Shown one piece after another: positions 26,530 to 36,394 of a stretch of 64,000 bases of DNA (positions are counted from its first letter, which is position 1; each line of letters begins with the position of its first letter). Origin of the DNA: a virus. The stretch lies in IMG/VR virus record IMGVR_UViG_2630968591_000003, positions 870-64,869 of that record; one strand, written 5' to 3'. A model generated the notes under the pieces. The model saw nothing but the letters and a program-made list of their open reading frames with translations. It did not search any database and was not told the DNA's origin. Position numbers and translations under genes: made by a program.

Positions 26530-26568
26530 ATTGGAGCAACGACGGCAAGGAAGAAGACCGTTGTCATC

Positions 26569-26766
26569 GTGGAAGAGCCTACTGAGACTTGTAAGTCATG
26601 TAGGTGTAGCCGGTTCCTTGAAAGCAAAGACGACACGGCTTGGTTGTGCCGCCTCATGCCGCCAACCGTGATCTACGACATTGTCGAGCAGAAGCCAGTC
26701 AGCAGGCTGCCAGAGGTGGCCGCCGATCACTGGTGCGCACAATTTCAGCCGAAATTGAATTCTTGA
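26569..26766 (+). CDS. Small Cys-rich hypothetical protein
   Basis: CKSCRC...LCRLMPP...WCAQF. Confidence 0.55.
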   Translation: MEEPTETCKSCRCSRFLESKDDTAWLCRLMPPTVIYDIVEQKPVSRLPEVAADHWCAQFQPKLNS

Positions 26767-26775
26767 GGGAAATCT

Positions 26776-27996
26776 GTGGACACAAACGACTTGTTGAAAG
26801 CCGTGAAGGACCACGGAAGCCTTCGCGGCGCCGCCGCAGCACTCGGGATTCCGGAAAGCACGCTGCGAGGTCGTCTCCGCGGTGCTGTTCCGCTCTCTGA
26901 GAATCAGCGCAAGTATCGCGATGACTGGACCGCTGATGACTGCATCGCCGAGCTTCAGCGAATCGCTAAGATCGACGAAGACAAGGTTATCTCCCGGAAC
27001 TACTTCCGCGTGCATTCGGAAATCTCCGAGTCCACATGGAATAGGCATTTCGGAACGTTCCACGAGTTCAAGCGTCAGGCCGGTATCGTTCTGTCGCGCC
27101 ACGCTCACGGTCTCGAGCGCGCGATTGCCAAGCACGCCAGCAAGGACGTGCAGCGCCGCATGAATGTGGAAAAGTCGGGCTGGGAAGACGCTTATCTGCG
27201 CCCCAGCTCGAAGCGGTTTCAGACGGTCCTGGTTGCGTCGGACATTCACGACATCGAATGCGATCCGTTCTGGCGTCGCTGTTTCATCGATACGGCGAAG
27301 CGCGTACAGCCGGAAAAGGTCGTCATTAACGGCGACGCACTGGATCTGCCTGAATTTGGCAAGTACGGCGTCGACCCGCGCGAGTGGGATGTGATCGGCC
27401 GAATCAAGTGGCTGCATGCCTTCCTAAACGACATCCGTGTGTCGTGCCCGGAAACAGAGATCATCTATGTCGAGGGAAACCACGAAGCGCGCCTGATCCG
27501 CCACCTCGGCGAAGCGACGCCCGCGCTTAAAGTCGTCCTTTCCGACCTGCACGGCTTCACGGTGCCGAAGCTGATGGGCCTTGACGCCTACCAGGTGAAC
27601 TATATCGCCCGGATGGATCTTGCCGCGTTCAGTGAGCGAGACATGAAGCAGGAGTTGGCGAAGAACTATCTGGTGATGTACGACTGCCTGATGGCGCACC
27701 ATTTTCCCGAAGGTAGGAATATGGGCGTGCCGGGTTTCAATGGGCATCATCACAAGCATATTGTGTGGCCGTTCTACTCGCCGCAGTTCGGGTCGAGCGA
27801 ATGGCACCAGCTCGGGTGCGGTCATGCCCGCGCGGCGACTTACTGTGCCGGCGAGAAGTGGGCGCTGGGCTTCATGCTCTGCCACGTCGACACGCAGAAG
27901 AAACACACGCAATTTGAGTACGTCGAGCTCCGCGACTTCGCGATGATCGGCGGCCGGTTCTACGAGCGACAGAAAACCGAATTAATGGCGGCATGA
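26776..27996 (+). CDS. HTH-containing calcineurin-like metallophosphoesterase
   Basis: N-terminal HTH (SLRGAAAALGIPESTLRGRL); ASDIH, INGDALD, EGNHE, AHH, GHHH. Confidence 0.8.
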   Translation: MDTNDLLKAVKDHGSLRGAAAALGIPESTLRGRLRGAVPLSENQRKYRDDWTADDCIAELQRIAKIDEDKVISRNYFRVHSEISESTWNRHFGTFHEFKRQAGIVLSRHAHGLERAIAKHASKDVQRRMNVEKSGWEDAYLRPSSKRFQTVLVASDIHDIECDPFWRRCFIDTAKRVQPEKVVINGDALDLPEFGKYGVDPREWDVIGRIKWLHAFLNDIRVSCPETEIIYVEGNHEARLIRHLGEATPALKVVLSDLHGFTVPKLMGLDAYQVNYIARMDLAAFSERDMKQELAKNYLVMYDCLMAHHFPEGRNMGVPGFNGHHHKHIVWPFYSPQFGSSEWHQLGCGHARAATYCAGEKWALGFMLCHVDTQKKHTQFEYVELRDFAMIGGRFYERQKTELMAA

Positions 27997-28292
27997 TGAC
28001 TCCCGAAAACTTCGCATACTGGTTAAACGGGTTCGTCGAGCTGACGCAAGGTCAGACTCCGAATCCTGCGCAGTGGAAGGCAATCCAAGAGCACCTTGCG
28101 CTAACGTTGAAGAAGGTGACGCCGCCAGTTGGTATAAAGCAGGAAATCAAGGCGCCGGCCGGCACGGACGCGGAAAAACTCTTCCGTGACTGGAGGGTGG
28201 CAACGCCGATCGATTGGGCCCAGACGCCCTACACCGTGACGTGCACGTCAGGCTTCGCGCAGGCGGACGCCAAAGGCGTGCTCATCTGCTAA
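27993..28292 (+). CDS. Phage hypothetical protein
   Basis: MTPENFAYWLNGFVEL...QWKAIQEHL. Confidence 0.65.
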   Translation: MMTPENFAYWLNGFVELTQGQTPNPAQWKAIQEHLALTLKKVTPPVGIKQEIKAPAGTDAEKLFRDWRVATPIDWAQTPYTVTCTSGFAQADAKGVLIC

Positions 28293-28387
28293 CCGTTTCC
28301 CGCCGAGGCCTATCTGGCCTTGTCACCCCGCCCGTCGTGCAACGCGACTGGCTGCCGAGCGATCGGCACCAATTCTGAGATTGAGCG

Positions 28388-28741
28388 ATGGCATTCCCGA
28401 ACTCGCAGTCAAACCCGAACGGCGCAATTCCCGTTTACATCACGTCCGGTTCTGGTGGCGGCGGAGGCTTGGCCGGGCCTGCCAAAGCTGGCGTAAGCGC
28501 GAAGGGTACTGTCGGCACGACGTCGGCGGCCATCATCGCCGCGGGCGCATTCGCGGGCTGGGTTACGGTCCAGAACACGAGCCCGGCGAACACGCTGTTC
28601 GTGTCGTTCACGGCACCGGCAACGGCGACGGATATCGCAATACTTCCTGGCGCGGCTCTGACGCTGCCGTTCGGGCCGACCAATGCGCTGAATGGCATCG
28701 GTTCGGCTGCCGGTACGACTTTCGCCGCAGTGGGGTATTGA
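28388..28741 (+). CDS. Gly/Ala/Thr-rich putative virion decoration protein
   Basis: 117 aa beta-rich; abuts the next gene. Confidence 0.6.
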   Translation: MAFPNSQSNPNGAIPVYITSGSGGGGGLAGPAKAGVSAKGTVGTTSAAIIAAGAFAGWVTVQNTSPANTLFVSFTAPATATDIAILPGAALTLPFGPTNALNGIGSAAGTTFAAVGY

Positions 28742-29479
28742 ATGCGCAAGATCCTACTTCTGCTGGCGCTGCTGCCGTCGCTCGCGCTCGCGCAGCTGTC
28801 GCCGCCGCCCTACAACCCAGCCAACGTCAAGATCACTGGCGGCACGGCGGCATTCTCAGGAACCGTGAGTACGACCGGTAACGTGAATGTCCAGGGCAAC
28901 GTTAGCTCGACGTCTAACACTCAACCGGCTAGCCCCACAAACTCAGGGGTTGCGCTAAATGCGACACCGAACATCGCCGATGTGCAGATGTTCGATTCGA
29001 CGCGCGCAGCTAATGACAGGACCGCGGAGTGGATATTTTTCAATGGCGCCGCAGCGTTACGTTTTGCAAATGACGCGCATAGTGCTGTGCTCGTCCCGTT
29101 CTCGGTGACTGGCGGCCAGGGCTCTGGTATCACGGGCATCACGTCAAACAGCGGAGCCGGAAGCTGGACCCACACCGGCAATATGGCCGTATCGGGTGCG
29201 CTGATAGCCGGAAGCGGGACGCTGAATGTCTACTCGCCCGCTGGCGTAGCTGTCACGACTCCGCACGTGGTGACTGGTACTGTGACGCTCGCCGCAGGAA
29301 CTGGAACGGCCACCTTCACCGGCAACGCCGTGTTTAGTAACACGACTTCTTACGTATGCACGGCGACGAATACATCTACAAATAGTGCCGTGCGCGCCAC
29401 GAACGCGTCTGCATCGTCCGTCACGTTTAACTCCGGCACGGGCGCGGACGTTATCGCGTTTCAGTGTATCGGCAACTAA
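28742..29479 (+). CDS. Fibre-like protein with Sec signal peptide
   Basis: MRKILLLLALLPSLALA|Q; Thr/Gly-rich stalk; C-terminal beta domain with two Cys. Confidence 0.7.
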   Translation: MRKILLLLALLPSLALAQLSPPPYNPANVKITGGTAAFSGTVSTTGNVNVQGNVSSTSNTQPASPTNSGVALNATPNIADVQMFDSTRAANDRTAEWIFFNGAAALRFANDAHSAVLVPFSVTGGQGSGITGITSNSGAGSWTHTGNMAVSGALIAGSGTLNVYSPAGVAVTTPHVVTGTVTLAAGTGTATFTGNAVFSNTTSYVCTATNTSTNSAVRATNASASSVTFNSGTGADVIAFQCIGN

Positions 29480-29508
29480 TCAGTAAGGGCCTGTGCCCCT
29501 AGGCGGGT

Positions 29509-29943
29509 ATGGCTAAATCGACGTACACCACAGCTATCGCGACCAAGATATGCGAAATGCTGGTCGAAGGTAAATCGCTCCGCCAGATATGCGAAGAACC
29601 GGGAATGCCTAATAAGGCAACGGTTCTGCGGTGGCTCGCGGATGAAAAACGCGCTGTCTTCCGCGACCAGTACGCACGCGCACGCGAGATGCAGGCGGAA
29701 GCGATCGCTGATGAGATTCTCGAGATCGCTGACGACGGGCGCAATGACTGGATGGAAATCGTTGGCAAGGAAGGCGACACGGTTGGTTGGCGTGTGAATG
29801 GCGAGGCCGTTCAACGATCACGTCTGCGAGTTGATTCGCGTAAATGGTTGCTGTCGAAGATGCTTCCAAAGAAGTACGGCGAGACGAAAGACTCTGGCGA
29901 AGACAGCGGCGATGTAAAAATTCATGGCGGATTGCCCGAGTAG
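29509..29943 (+). CDS. terS: Terminase small subunit
   Basis: KICEMLVEGKSLRQIC...TVLRWL...YARARE...ADEILEIAD...RKWLLSK. Confidence 0.88.
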   Translation: MAKSTYTTAIATKICEMLVEGKSLRQICEEPGMPNKATVLRWLADEKRAVFRDQYARAREMQAEAIADEILEIADDGRNDWMEIVGKEGDTVGWRVNGEAVQRSRLRVDSRKWLLSKMLPKKYGETKDSGEDSGDVKIHGGLPE

Positions 29944-29993
29944 GAGCAGATTCCTCCGACCCCTTGCGGGTCTATAAGAAATAATCTTCTTCT

Positions 29994-31271
29994 ATGCCTG
30001 ATATCTACCTGCCGACATTGCACGCCGGTCAGGTGGACATCTACAAGAATCGCACGCGCCTTAACGCTGTTCGATGTGGTCGGCGCTGGGGCAAGACCAA
30101 GCAGATGGTCACGATGGGCGGCGACGCTGCCGCCAAGGGGCGAAAGGTCGGCCTCTTCACTCCAGAACATAAGCAGCTTCTTGAGCCATACGATGAGTTG
30201 CTTGACATTCTGCAGCCGATCAAGAGGCGCGCGAGCAAGAACGAAGGAACGATACGCACTAAGACGGGCGGAATCGTTGACTTCTGGCAGCTAGACGATA
30301 ACGAGCTGGCTGGCCGCGGTCGTGAATACGACCTGGTGATGATCGATGAGGCGGCGTTCACGAAGAACGGCCAGATGATGAAGATCTGGGAGAAGTCGAT
30401 CAAGCCGACTCTCCTGACTCGCCGCGGAAGCGTTTGGGTGTTCTCTACCCCGAACGGTGTGGACTCTGAAAACTTCTTCTATCGCGTCTGTAACGACGAG
30501 AAGCTAGGTTTCGCGCAGTTCCACGCCCCGACGAGCAGCAATCCGTATGTCCCGCCTGATGAGTTGGAGAAGGAGCGGCTTAATAATCACCCGCTGGTCT
30601 GGCAACAGGAATTCGAGGCCAAGTTTGTTGACTGGTCTGGCGTTGCTTTCTTTGAGTACGACAAGCTAACCGTCGATGGTAAGGGCGTTCCCTACCCTGA
30701 GCATTGCGATGGCGTATTCGCCATCATCGATAGCGCGATGAAGGACGGAAGCGGCAACGACGGCACGGCTGTCGTGTATTGCGCGCTTTCGAAGCACGTC
30801 GGTCATCCGCTCATCATTCTGGATTGGGACATCGTCCAGATAAATTCAGACCTGCTCGTAACCTGGTTGCCGAACGTCTTCACTCAGCTTGAGCACTACG
30901 CAAAGCTGACCAAGGCCCGTGCCGGATCGCTTGGCGCGTTCATCGAGGACAAATCCAGCGGGATAACGCTAAACCAGCACTCCTCTCGCGTTGGCTGGCC
31001 GGCGCAGCCTATCAATGGCGATATCACTTCGATTGGCAAGGATGGGCGCGCGGTAGCTTGTTCTGGCTCCGTGTACCGCGGCGAAGTGAAGTTTTCCGCG
31101 CATGCATTAGACAAAGTCGTGGAATACAAGGGTCAAACAAAGAACCATCTTGTCTCGCAAGTGGTTGGCTACCGGATCGGCGATAAGGACGCGCACAAAC
31201 GCGCGGACGACTTGGCAGACGGTTTCATGTACGGCGTCATCATTGGTCTGGGCGGTCCGGACGGCTTTTAA
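29994..31271 (+). CDS. terL: Terminase large subunit
   Basis: Walker A CGRRWGKT, Walker B VMIDEAAF, FSTPNG, nuclease acidic residues (IDSA, EDK, DDLAD). Confidence 0.92.
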   Translation: MPDIYLPTLHAGQVDIYKNRTRLNAVRCGRRWGKTKQMVTMGGDAAAKGRKVGLFTPEHKQLLEPYDELLDILQPIKRRASKNEGTIRTKTGGIVDFWQLDDNELAGRGREYDLVMIDEAAFTKNGQMMKIWEKSIKPTLLTRRGSVWVFSTPNGVDSENFFYRVCNDEKLGFAQFHAPTSSNPYVPPDELEKERLNNHPLVWQQEFEAKFVDWSGVAFFEYDKLTVDGKGVPYPEHCDGVFAIIDSAMKDGSGNDGTAVVYCALSKHVGHPLIILDWDIVQINSDLLVTWLPNVFTQLEHYAKLTKARAGSLGAFIEDKSSGITLNQHSSRVGWPAQPINGDITSIGKDGRAVACSGSVYRGEVKFSAHALDKVVEYKGQTKNHLVSQVVGYRIGDKDAHKRADDLADGFMYGVIIGLGGPDGF

Positions 31272-31283
31272 CTCATCATCCCC

Positions 31284-32693
31284 ATGGCAGAAATCCTAAT
31301 CCACGGTTCGTCGCTCTCTACGAGCCTGATGGATCTGCTTGTAGCGGATGGCATCTTTCCGGGCCACGAGCCGAGTTACGCGCTCTGTAAGACGATCTAC
31401 GCGTTTCACCCGCTCGGCGGAAAGGTCGTCGACCAGCCCATCCAGATCGCGATGAGCCAGGCGCGGAAGATTTCTATTCCAGACAGCCCCGAGGAGCGCG
31501 TGCGCGATGCCTTCGAGCGCAAGTGGAGAGAGATCAACGCGGACACGTACATTGCGAACACGTGGAGGCTGGCGAAGATCTACGGCGCGTCGGCGATTGT
31601 GTACGGTGCCGAGGGTGTCGATACGGACAAGCCGATTCCGCCGGAGAAATTGGCGAAGGCTGATCTGTACTTCAACGCGCTCGATCCGCTGAATACGGCC
31701 GGTTCGCTCGTATTGAACCAAGACCCGAACGCGCCGGACTTTCAAAAGCCTGTGCTCGTGACGGCATCGGGCCAAAAGTATCACCCGTCGCGTACGTGCG
31801 TGTTCTTCAACGAGGCTCCGCTGTACATCGAGTTCACGAGCTCGGCGTTTGGCTACACGGGCCGATCGGTCTATCAGCGTGCGCTCTACCCTTTGAAGTC
31901 GTTCGTGCAGACGATGGTGGCCGACGACATGATCGCCCGCAAGGTCGGCGTGATCGTCGCCAAGATGAAGCCGGCGGGCTCCATTGCCGACCGTGCGATG
32001 GCTGTTCTGCAGGGCGTCAAGCGTAACGTCGTCAAGGAAGCGCAGACCAACAACGTCATCAACATCACGCCGGAAGAGGAGATCGAGACGCTGAATCTGC
32101 TGAACGCGGACGGCGCGATCACGACGGCGCGAAAGAACATCCTCGAGAACATCGCCGCGGCAGTGCCGCAGCCGGCCAAGCTGCTCAACTCGGAATCGTA
32201 TGCCGAGGGATTTGGCGAAGGCAGCGAAGATGCAAAAGAAGTGGTTCGATACATCGAGCACGAGCGCAAGTCCGTGCAGCCGCTGTACGACTTCTTTGAC
32301 CCGATCGTGATGCGCCTGGCATGGACGCCCGAGTTTTTCGGGACGATTCAAGCGACGGTTCCGGAATACAAGAACGTCAGCTACGAACAGGCGTTCTACC
32401 AGTGGAAGAATGCATTCTCCGCCGAATGGCCGTCTCTCATCGTTGAGCCAGAAAGCGAACTGGTGAACGTGGAGAAGGTCAAGTTTGAGGCGATCGTCGG
32501 CGCGCTTGAAGTGCTGATGCCGCAGGCGGATCCGGCCAACAAGGCGCGTCTGGTCGAATGGGCGGCTAACAACCTGAACGAATCGAAACATCTGTTCACG
32601 AATCCGCTCGTTCTCGACTATGACGACTTGGCGAACTACGAGCCGCCGACGCCAGAACCTGAGCCGAGCGAACCGCGTCCGCACAACATCTGA
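31284..32693 (+). CDS. Portal protein (DUF1073-like)
   Basis: 469 aa directly after terL; family typical of Bcep781-like phages. Confidence 0.8.
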   Translation: MAEILIHGSSLSTSLMDLLVADGIFPGHEPSYALCKTIYAFHPLGGKVVDQPIQIAMSQARKISIPDSPEERVRDAFERKWREINADTYIANTWRLAKIYGASAIVYGAEGVDTDKPIPPEKLAKADLYFNALDPLNTAGSLVLNQDPNAPDFQKPVLVTASGQKYHPSRTCVFFNEAPLYIEFTSSAFGYTGRSVYQRALYPLKSFVQTMVADDMIARKVGVIVAKMKPAGSIADRAMAVLQGVKRNVVKEAQTNNVINITPEEEIETLNLLNADGAITTARKNILENIAAAVPQPAKLLNSESYAEGFGEGSEDAKEVVRYIEHERKSVQPLYDFFDPIVMRLAWTPEFFGTIQATVPEYKNVSYEQAFYQWKNAFSAEWPSLIVEPESELVNVEKVKFEAIVGALEVLMPQADPANKARLVEWAANNLNESKHLFTNPLVLDYDDLANYEPPTPEPEPSEPRPHNI

Positions 32694-33529
32694 TGGCCAA
32701 GCAAACATTCTTTCAGGTGATCTCCGAGGCGATCCGGGAGTTTGAGACCAACGGCTTCGACAGCATCGAGCGCCTGACGTTCTGGGTCGACAAAATCCGC
32801 AGAGCCGCGGTCGAAACACTGACGCCTGAGAGCGTGCTCAACGAGGAGCTGACCCGCGTTCTGACGGGCACGTATAAGCGGCTCATCGATGACGGCCAGA
32901 TTCTCAAGGCCCATCCAGGTGTCGGCCGCTTCACCGTCGATCGCCTGAAACCGAAGCTGCGCACCGAGCTCGACCGGCGCCTGATGGTGTCGCGGAATCT
33001 GATCAAGCTGAACCGTCAGCAGATGATCGAGAAGACGACGCAGCGCTTTGCTGGCTGGGCGTCTTCGGTGCCGGCGGGCGGCAGTCGTGCGATCGACACG
33101 AAGGACGTCAAGGAAAACATCCGTAAGGCTATGACGTCGCTTCCGTTTGAGGAGCGCCGCGTTGCCATCGATCAGGGTCATAAATTCGTCGGGTCGCTCA
33201 ACGAGATCATCGCTGTCGACGGCGGCGCAATTGCAATGCGCTGGAATTCACAGTGGAAGCGCAGAGGTTACGGCTACCGCGTCGAGCACAAAGAGCGCGA
33301 CCAGAAAATATATCTGCTGCGTTCGAGCTGGGCGAAGGAGAAAGGCTTGGTCAAGCCAGGACCCGCGGGCTATTACGACGACATCACGAAGGTCGGCGAG
33401 GAAGTTTATTGCTCGTGCTTCGCGACTTGGATCTATAACCTGCGCGACCTCCCCGACGACATGATTACCGTGGCCGGCAAAAAATCCCTTGAAGAAGTCC
33501 GCGCGAAAATTGCTGCGATGAAGAGATAA
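32693..33529 (+). CDS. Head morphogenesis protein (MuF/SPP1 gp7-like)
   Basis: After portal; R..H..RD...Y and GEEVYCSC motifs. Confidence 0.75.
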   Translation: MAKQTFFQVISEAIREFETNGFDSIERLTFWVDKIRRAAVETLTPESVLNEELTRVLTGTYKRLIDDGQILKAHPGVGRFTVDRLKPKLRTELDRRLMVSRNLIKLNRQQMIEKTTQRFAGWASSVPAGGSRAIDTKDVKENIRKAMTSLPFEERRVAIDQGHKFVGSLNEIIAVDGGAIAMRWNSQWKRRGYGYRVEHKERDQKIYLLRSSWAKEKGLVKPGPAGYYDDITKVGEEVYCSCFATWIYNLRDLPDDMITVAGKKSLEEVRAKIAAMKR

Positions 33530-33532
33530 ACC

Positions 33533-35431
33533 ATGCCGCTTGGAAAAGGATCGTCGCAAGAGGCGATCAGCAAGAACATCGCGACCGAGCGCGAGGCGGG
33601 CAAGCCAGAAAAGCAAGCCATCGCCATCGCCTATAACGTCGCAGGCAAGAGCAAGGCCGATTCGGAGCCCATGCAAGCCGCCGGCACGCTGATTGTGGCC
33701 AACGGCGCCGTCCTGTTCCTGCGCCGCGGCGCTGGAGGTGATCACCCCGGTGAGTGGGCCTTCGCAGGAGGGAAGCAGGAGCAAGGCGAAACCGCCGAAG
33801 AAGCCGCCCGCCGCGAGACCGCCGAAGAGACCGGATACGAGCCGCACAAGCTGGTCGAGATCGCCAAGACCGACGAGGGCGGAGTCGAGTTCACGACGTT
33901 CTATCACGAGTGCCGGCCGTTCGAAGTCGCGCTGAGCGATGAAAGCACGGAATGGGCGTGGGCGCCGATTGGGTCATGGCCCGAACCGCTCCACCCTGGC
34001 TGCCGGTTCGTGCTCGAGTCGGATGCGTTCAAGTGCATCCGCAAGGCGCACATGACGGAGACGGAGGTTGCGCAGGCGATCGCCGCGGGCGATTTCACCT
34101 CGCCGCAGTTCGTGCGCAACATGTGGATGTTCGATATCCGCATCACTGGCACGGGCACATCGTTCCGGTCCAAGGATAACGAGTACGTCTATCGGCCGCC
34201 TGAGAATTACCTCAATGATGAGTTTCTGGCGCGCTGTAATGGCCTGCCGGTCATTGTTGACCATCCCGAAAAGGCGACCCTCGATTCGCAGGAGTTTAAC
34301 AACCGGATCGTCGGCACTGTTCTGTTGCCATACATCAAGGGCGATGAGGTTTGGGCCGTAGCGCGGATTTATGATGAAGCGACCGCGACATTGATGTCGC
34401 AGGAACAGCTCTCGACATCGCCCTCCGTCGTCTTTCGAAATCCAGATTTAGAGAATTCCACCGTTACTTTAGACGGTGGGCAACCCCTCTTAATTGAGGG
34501 AAAACCGATCCTGCTCGATCACATCGCTGTATGCGAGGTGGGCGTGTGGGACAAGGGCGGCCCGCCAACCGGCGTATCCACCAACCACGTTCAGGAACCT
34601 GAGATGACTGAAGAAGAGCGTAAGGCCAAGGCGGACGCCGAGGCGAAGCAAGAACTCGAAGCGCGTGCCAAGGCCGACGCTGAGGAAAAGGCTAAAGCTG
34701 ACGCCGAGCAAGAGAAGGCAAAAGCCGATTCCGAAAAGTGGGACAAGTTGATGTCTGCAGTCGATTCGATCTGCAAGCGCATGGACTCGTTCGAAGAGAA
34801 GAAGGCTGACGGCATGCCCGGCGACGAGCTCGAGCCGGTCGGCGACAAGAAGGCTGATGCCGACGAGAAGGACGCCAAGGAGAAGGAAGCCGAGGCCGCC
34901 AAGCTGAAGGCAGAAGCGAAGGAAGAAGAAGCCAAGGCCGACGCCGAAAAGTCCGCCCTGCTCGCGCGCGTTTCCGACCTCGAAAAGATGCTCGTGGCAA
35001 CCGCGCAACTCACGCCGAAGCCCCTGAGCGATTCGGACTACGCCGCGATGGCTGATGCCCAAGCCAAGGCCGACAGCGTCTATTCGGCATTCGGCAAGCA
35101 AGCCCCGCGCGCGCTGAACGGCGAAGACCTCCTGTCGTATCGCAAGCGCCTCGCTGCTGGCGTGAAGGCACACAGCGACCAGTGGAAGTCGATCGACATC
35201 AGCAAGGTCGATGCTGCCGTGTTCGAAATCGCTGAGCCGAAGATCTACGCCGACGCGTTCGAAGCCGCTGCTCATCCGTCCGCATCGCCCGAAGGCGGTC
35301 TGCGCGCGGTGACGAAGGACACCGGCACCGGCCACAAGATCACGACGTTCTACGGCCGCCCGAGCGACTGGATGGATTCGTTCCGCCCGCCGCGTCTGAA
35401 AGGCAAGATCAACGTGCAAAAGAGCCACTGA
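33533..35431 (+). CDS. Nudix hydrolase-DUF2213 prohead protease-scaffold fusion
   Basis: Intact Nudix box [23 protein letters not shown]; [22 protein letters not shown]; KAD-repeat coiled coil. Confidence 0.82.
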   Translation: MPLGKGSSQEAISKNIATEREAGKPEKQAIAIAYNVAGKSKADSEPMQAAGTLIVANGAVLFLRRGAGGDHPGEWAFAGGKQEQGETAEEAARRETAEETGYEPHKLVEIAKTDEGGVEFTTFYHECRPFEVALSDESTEWAWAPIGSWPEPLHPGCRFVLESDAFKCIRKAHMTETEVAQAIAAGDFTSPQFVRNMWMFDIRITGTGTSFRSKDNEYVYRPPENYLNDEFLARCNGLPVIVDHPEKATLDSQEFNNRIVGTVLLPYIKGDEVWAVARIYDEATATLMSQEQLSTSPSVVFRNPDLENSTVTLDGGQPLLIEGKPILLDHIAVCEVGVWDKGGPPTGVSTNHVQEPEMTEEERKAKADAEAKQELEARAKADAEEKAKADAEQEKAKADSEKWDKLMSAVDSICKRMDSFEEKKADGMPGDELEPVGDKKADADEKDAKEKEAEAAKLKAEAKEEEAKADAEKSALLARVSDLEKMLVATAQLTPKPLSDSDYAAMADAQAKADSVYSAFGKQAPRALNGEDLLSYRKRLAAGVKAHSDQWKSIDISKVDAAVFEIAEPKIYADAFEAAAHPSASPEGGLRAVTKDTGTGHKITTFYGRPSDWMDSFRPPRLKGKINVQKSH

Positions 35432-35494
35432 GCTCGTAGTCGCAAACCAACAGGCCGCCATCGCGCGGCCTTTCTCATTTCTGGATAGGAAAAC

Positions 35495-36385
35495 ATGGCA
35501 CTGAATACGCCCTTCTTTCCGTACGCGACTACGAACGCAGCTGGTTCGTTCTCGGTACAAAGCGCCGGCTACGTGCAAGGCGTCTACTTCGACGAGCCGG
35601 CCCTGCGCTACTCGCTCGCCCTCGGCACTCTGTCGCCGACCGCAACCGGCCCGATCTGGGGCGGCGTTCCGATCTCGGAAAGCATTCCCGGCGCGCCCTC
35701 GGACACCACGACCGGCGGCACGGTCATCCAAGCGTCCGCAGTCGCAAACATCACCGGCTTCACGGTGTTCAACCAGGCATATAGCTGGGTTGGCTCGCCG
35801 CAAAGCCAAGTCCCCCTTGCTGGCTCGGCCGGCATGACGGTTCCGTTCTTCCGCATGGGTTCGGGCGTGCGTCTGGCTGTTGCGATGGACCCGTCGCTCG
35901 TCTCGCTCGACGGCGGCCTGATCACGCAGCAAGTCTCGTGGGACTTCAACAACAACGTCCTGCAGCCGTTCAACGCAGCAACCGCAACCGTCGCGATCAC
36001 CTCGCAAACGGCAACGTTCGACGCTCCCTCGGGCACGTGGACGGTCGTAGTCGTGGCAGGCGCTGCCTCGCTGGTCGGCGGCGTTGGCGACTCGATCAAC
36101 ATCTCGGGCGCGACGAACGCCGGCACCGGCGGCGCTGGTCTGATCAACGGCACGCACGTCGTGACGGCGTTCACGGACAGCCAGCATTTCAGCTATCAAG
36201 TCGTGGCTCCGGCTGGCGCAATCGGCGCGATCGCTGGCACGCAAGTGCTGAACCAAGGAACGGGCGTTCTTCCCGTCAAGGTGCTGTCGACCAACGTCGG
36301 CAACAGCATGACCGTTTCCTTCAACCCCACCACTGGCGCAGCAACCTGGAATCGCACCGGTTCGGCGGCCATCATCCTGCTCTGA
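35495..36385 (+). CDS. Head decoration/minor capsid protein
   Basis: Between scaffold and capsid; GPIWGGVPISE motif; inserted FCCH-like beta domain. Confidence 0.7.
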   Translation: MALNTPFFPYATTNAAGSFSVQSAGYVQGVYFDEPALRYSLALGTLSPTATGPIWGGVPISESIPGAPSDTTTGGTVIQASAVANITGFTVFNQAYSWVGSPQSQVPLAGSAGMTVPFFRMGSGVRLAVAMDPSLVSLDGGLITQQVSWDFNNNVLQPFNAATATVAITSQTATFDAPSGTWTVVVVAGAASLVGGVGDSINISGATNAGTGGAGLINGTHVVTAFTDSQHFSYQVVAPAGAIGAIAGTQVLNQGTGVLPVKVLSTNVGNSMTVSFNPTTGAATWNRTGSAAIILL

Positions 36386-36394
36386 GGCTAAAAC

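Noticed and set aside
28293-28380. Three hairpins ending in ...GGCACCA, tRNA-like
   Set aside because: No acceptor stem, no TTC T-loop, wrong arm sizes; not a tRNA
31284-32693. Portal as an anti-CBASS (Acb1) protein, a label sometimes attached to DUF1073 proteins
   Set aside because: Size and position between terL and MuF indicate a portal; no separate 2H phosphoesterase domain is evident
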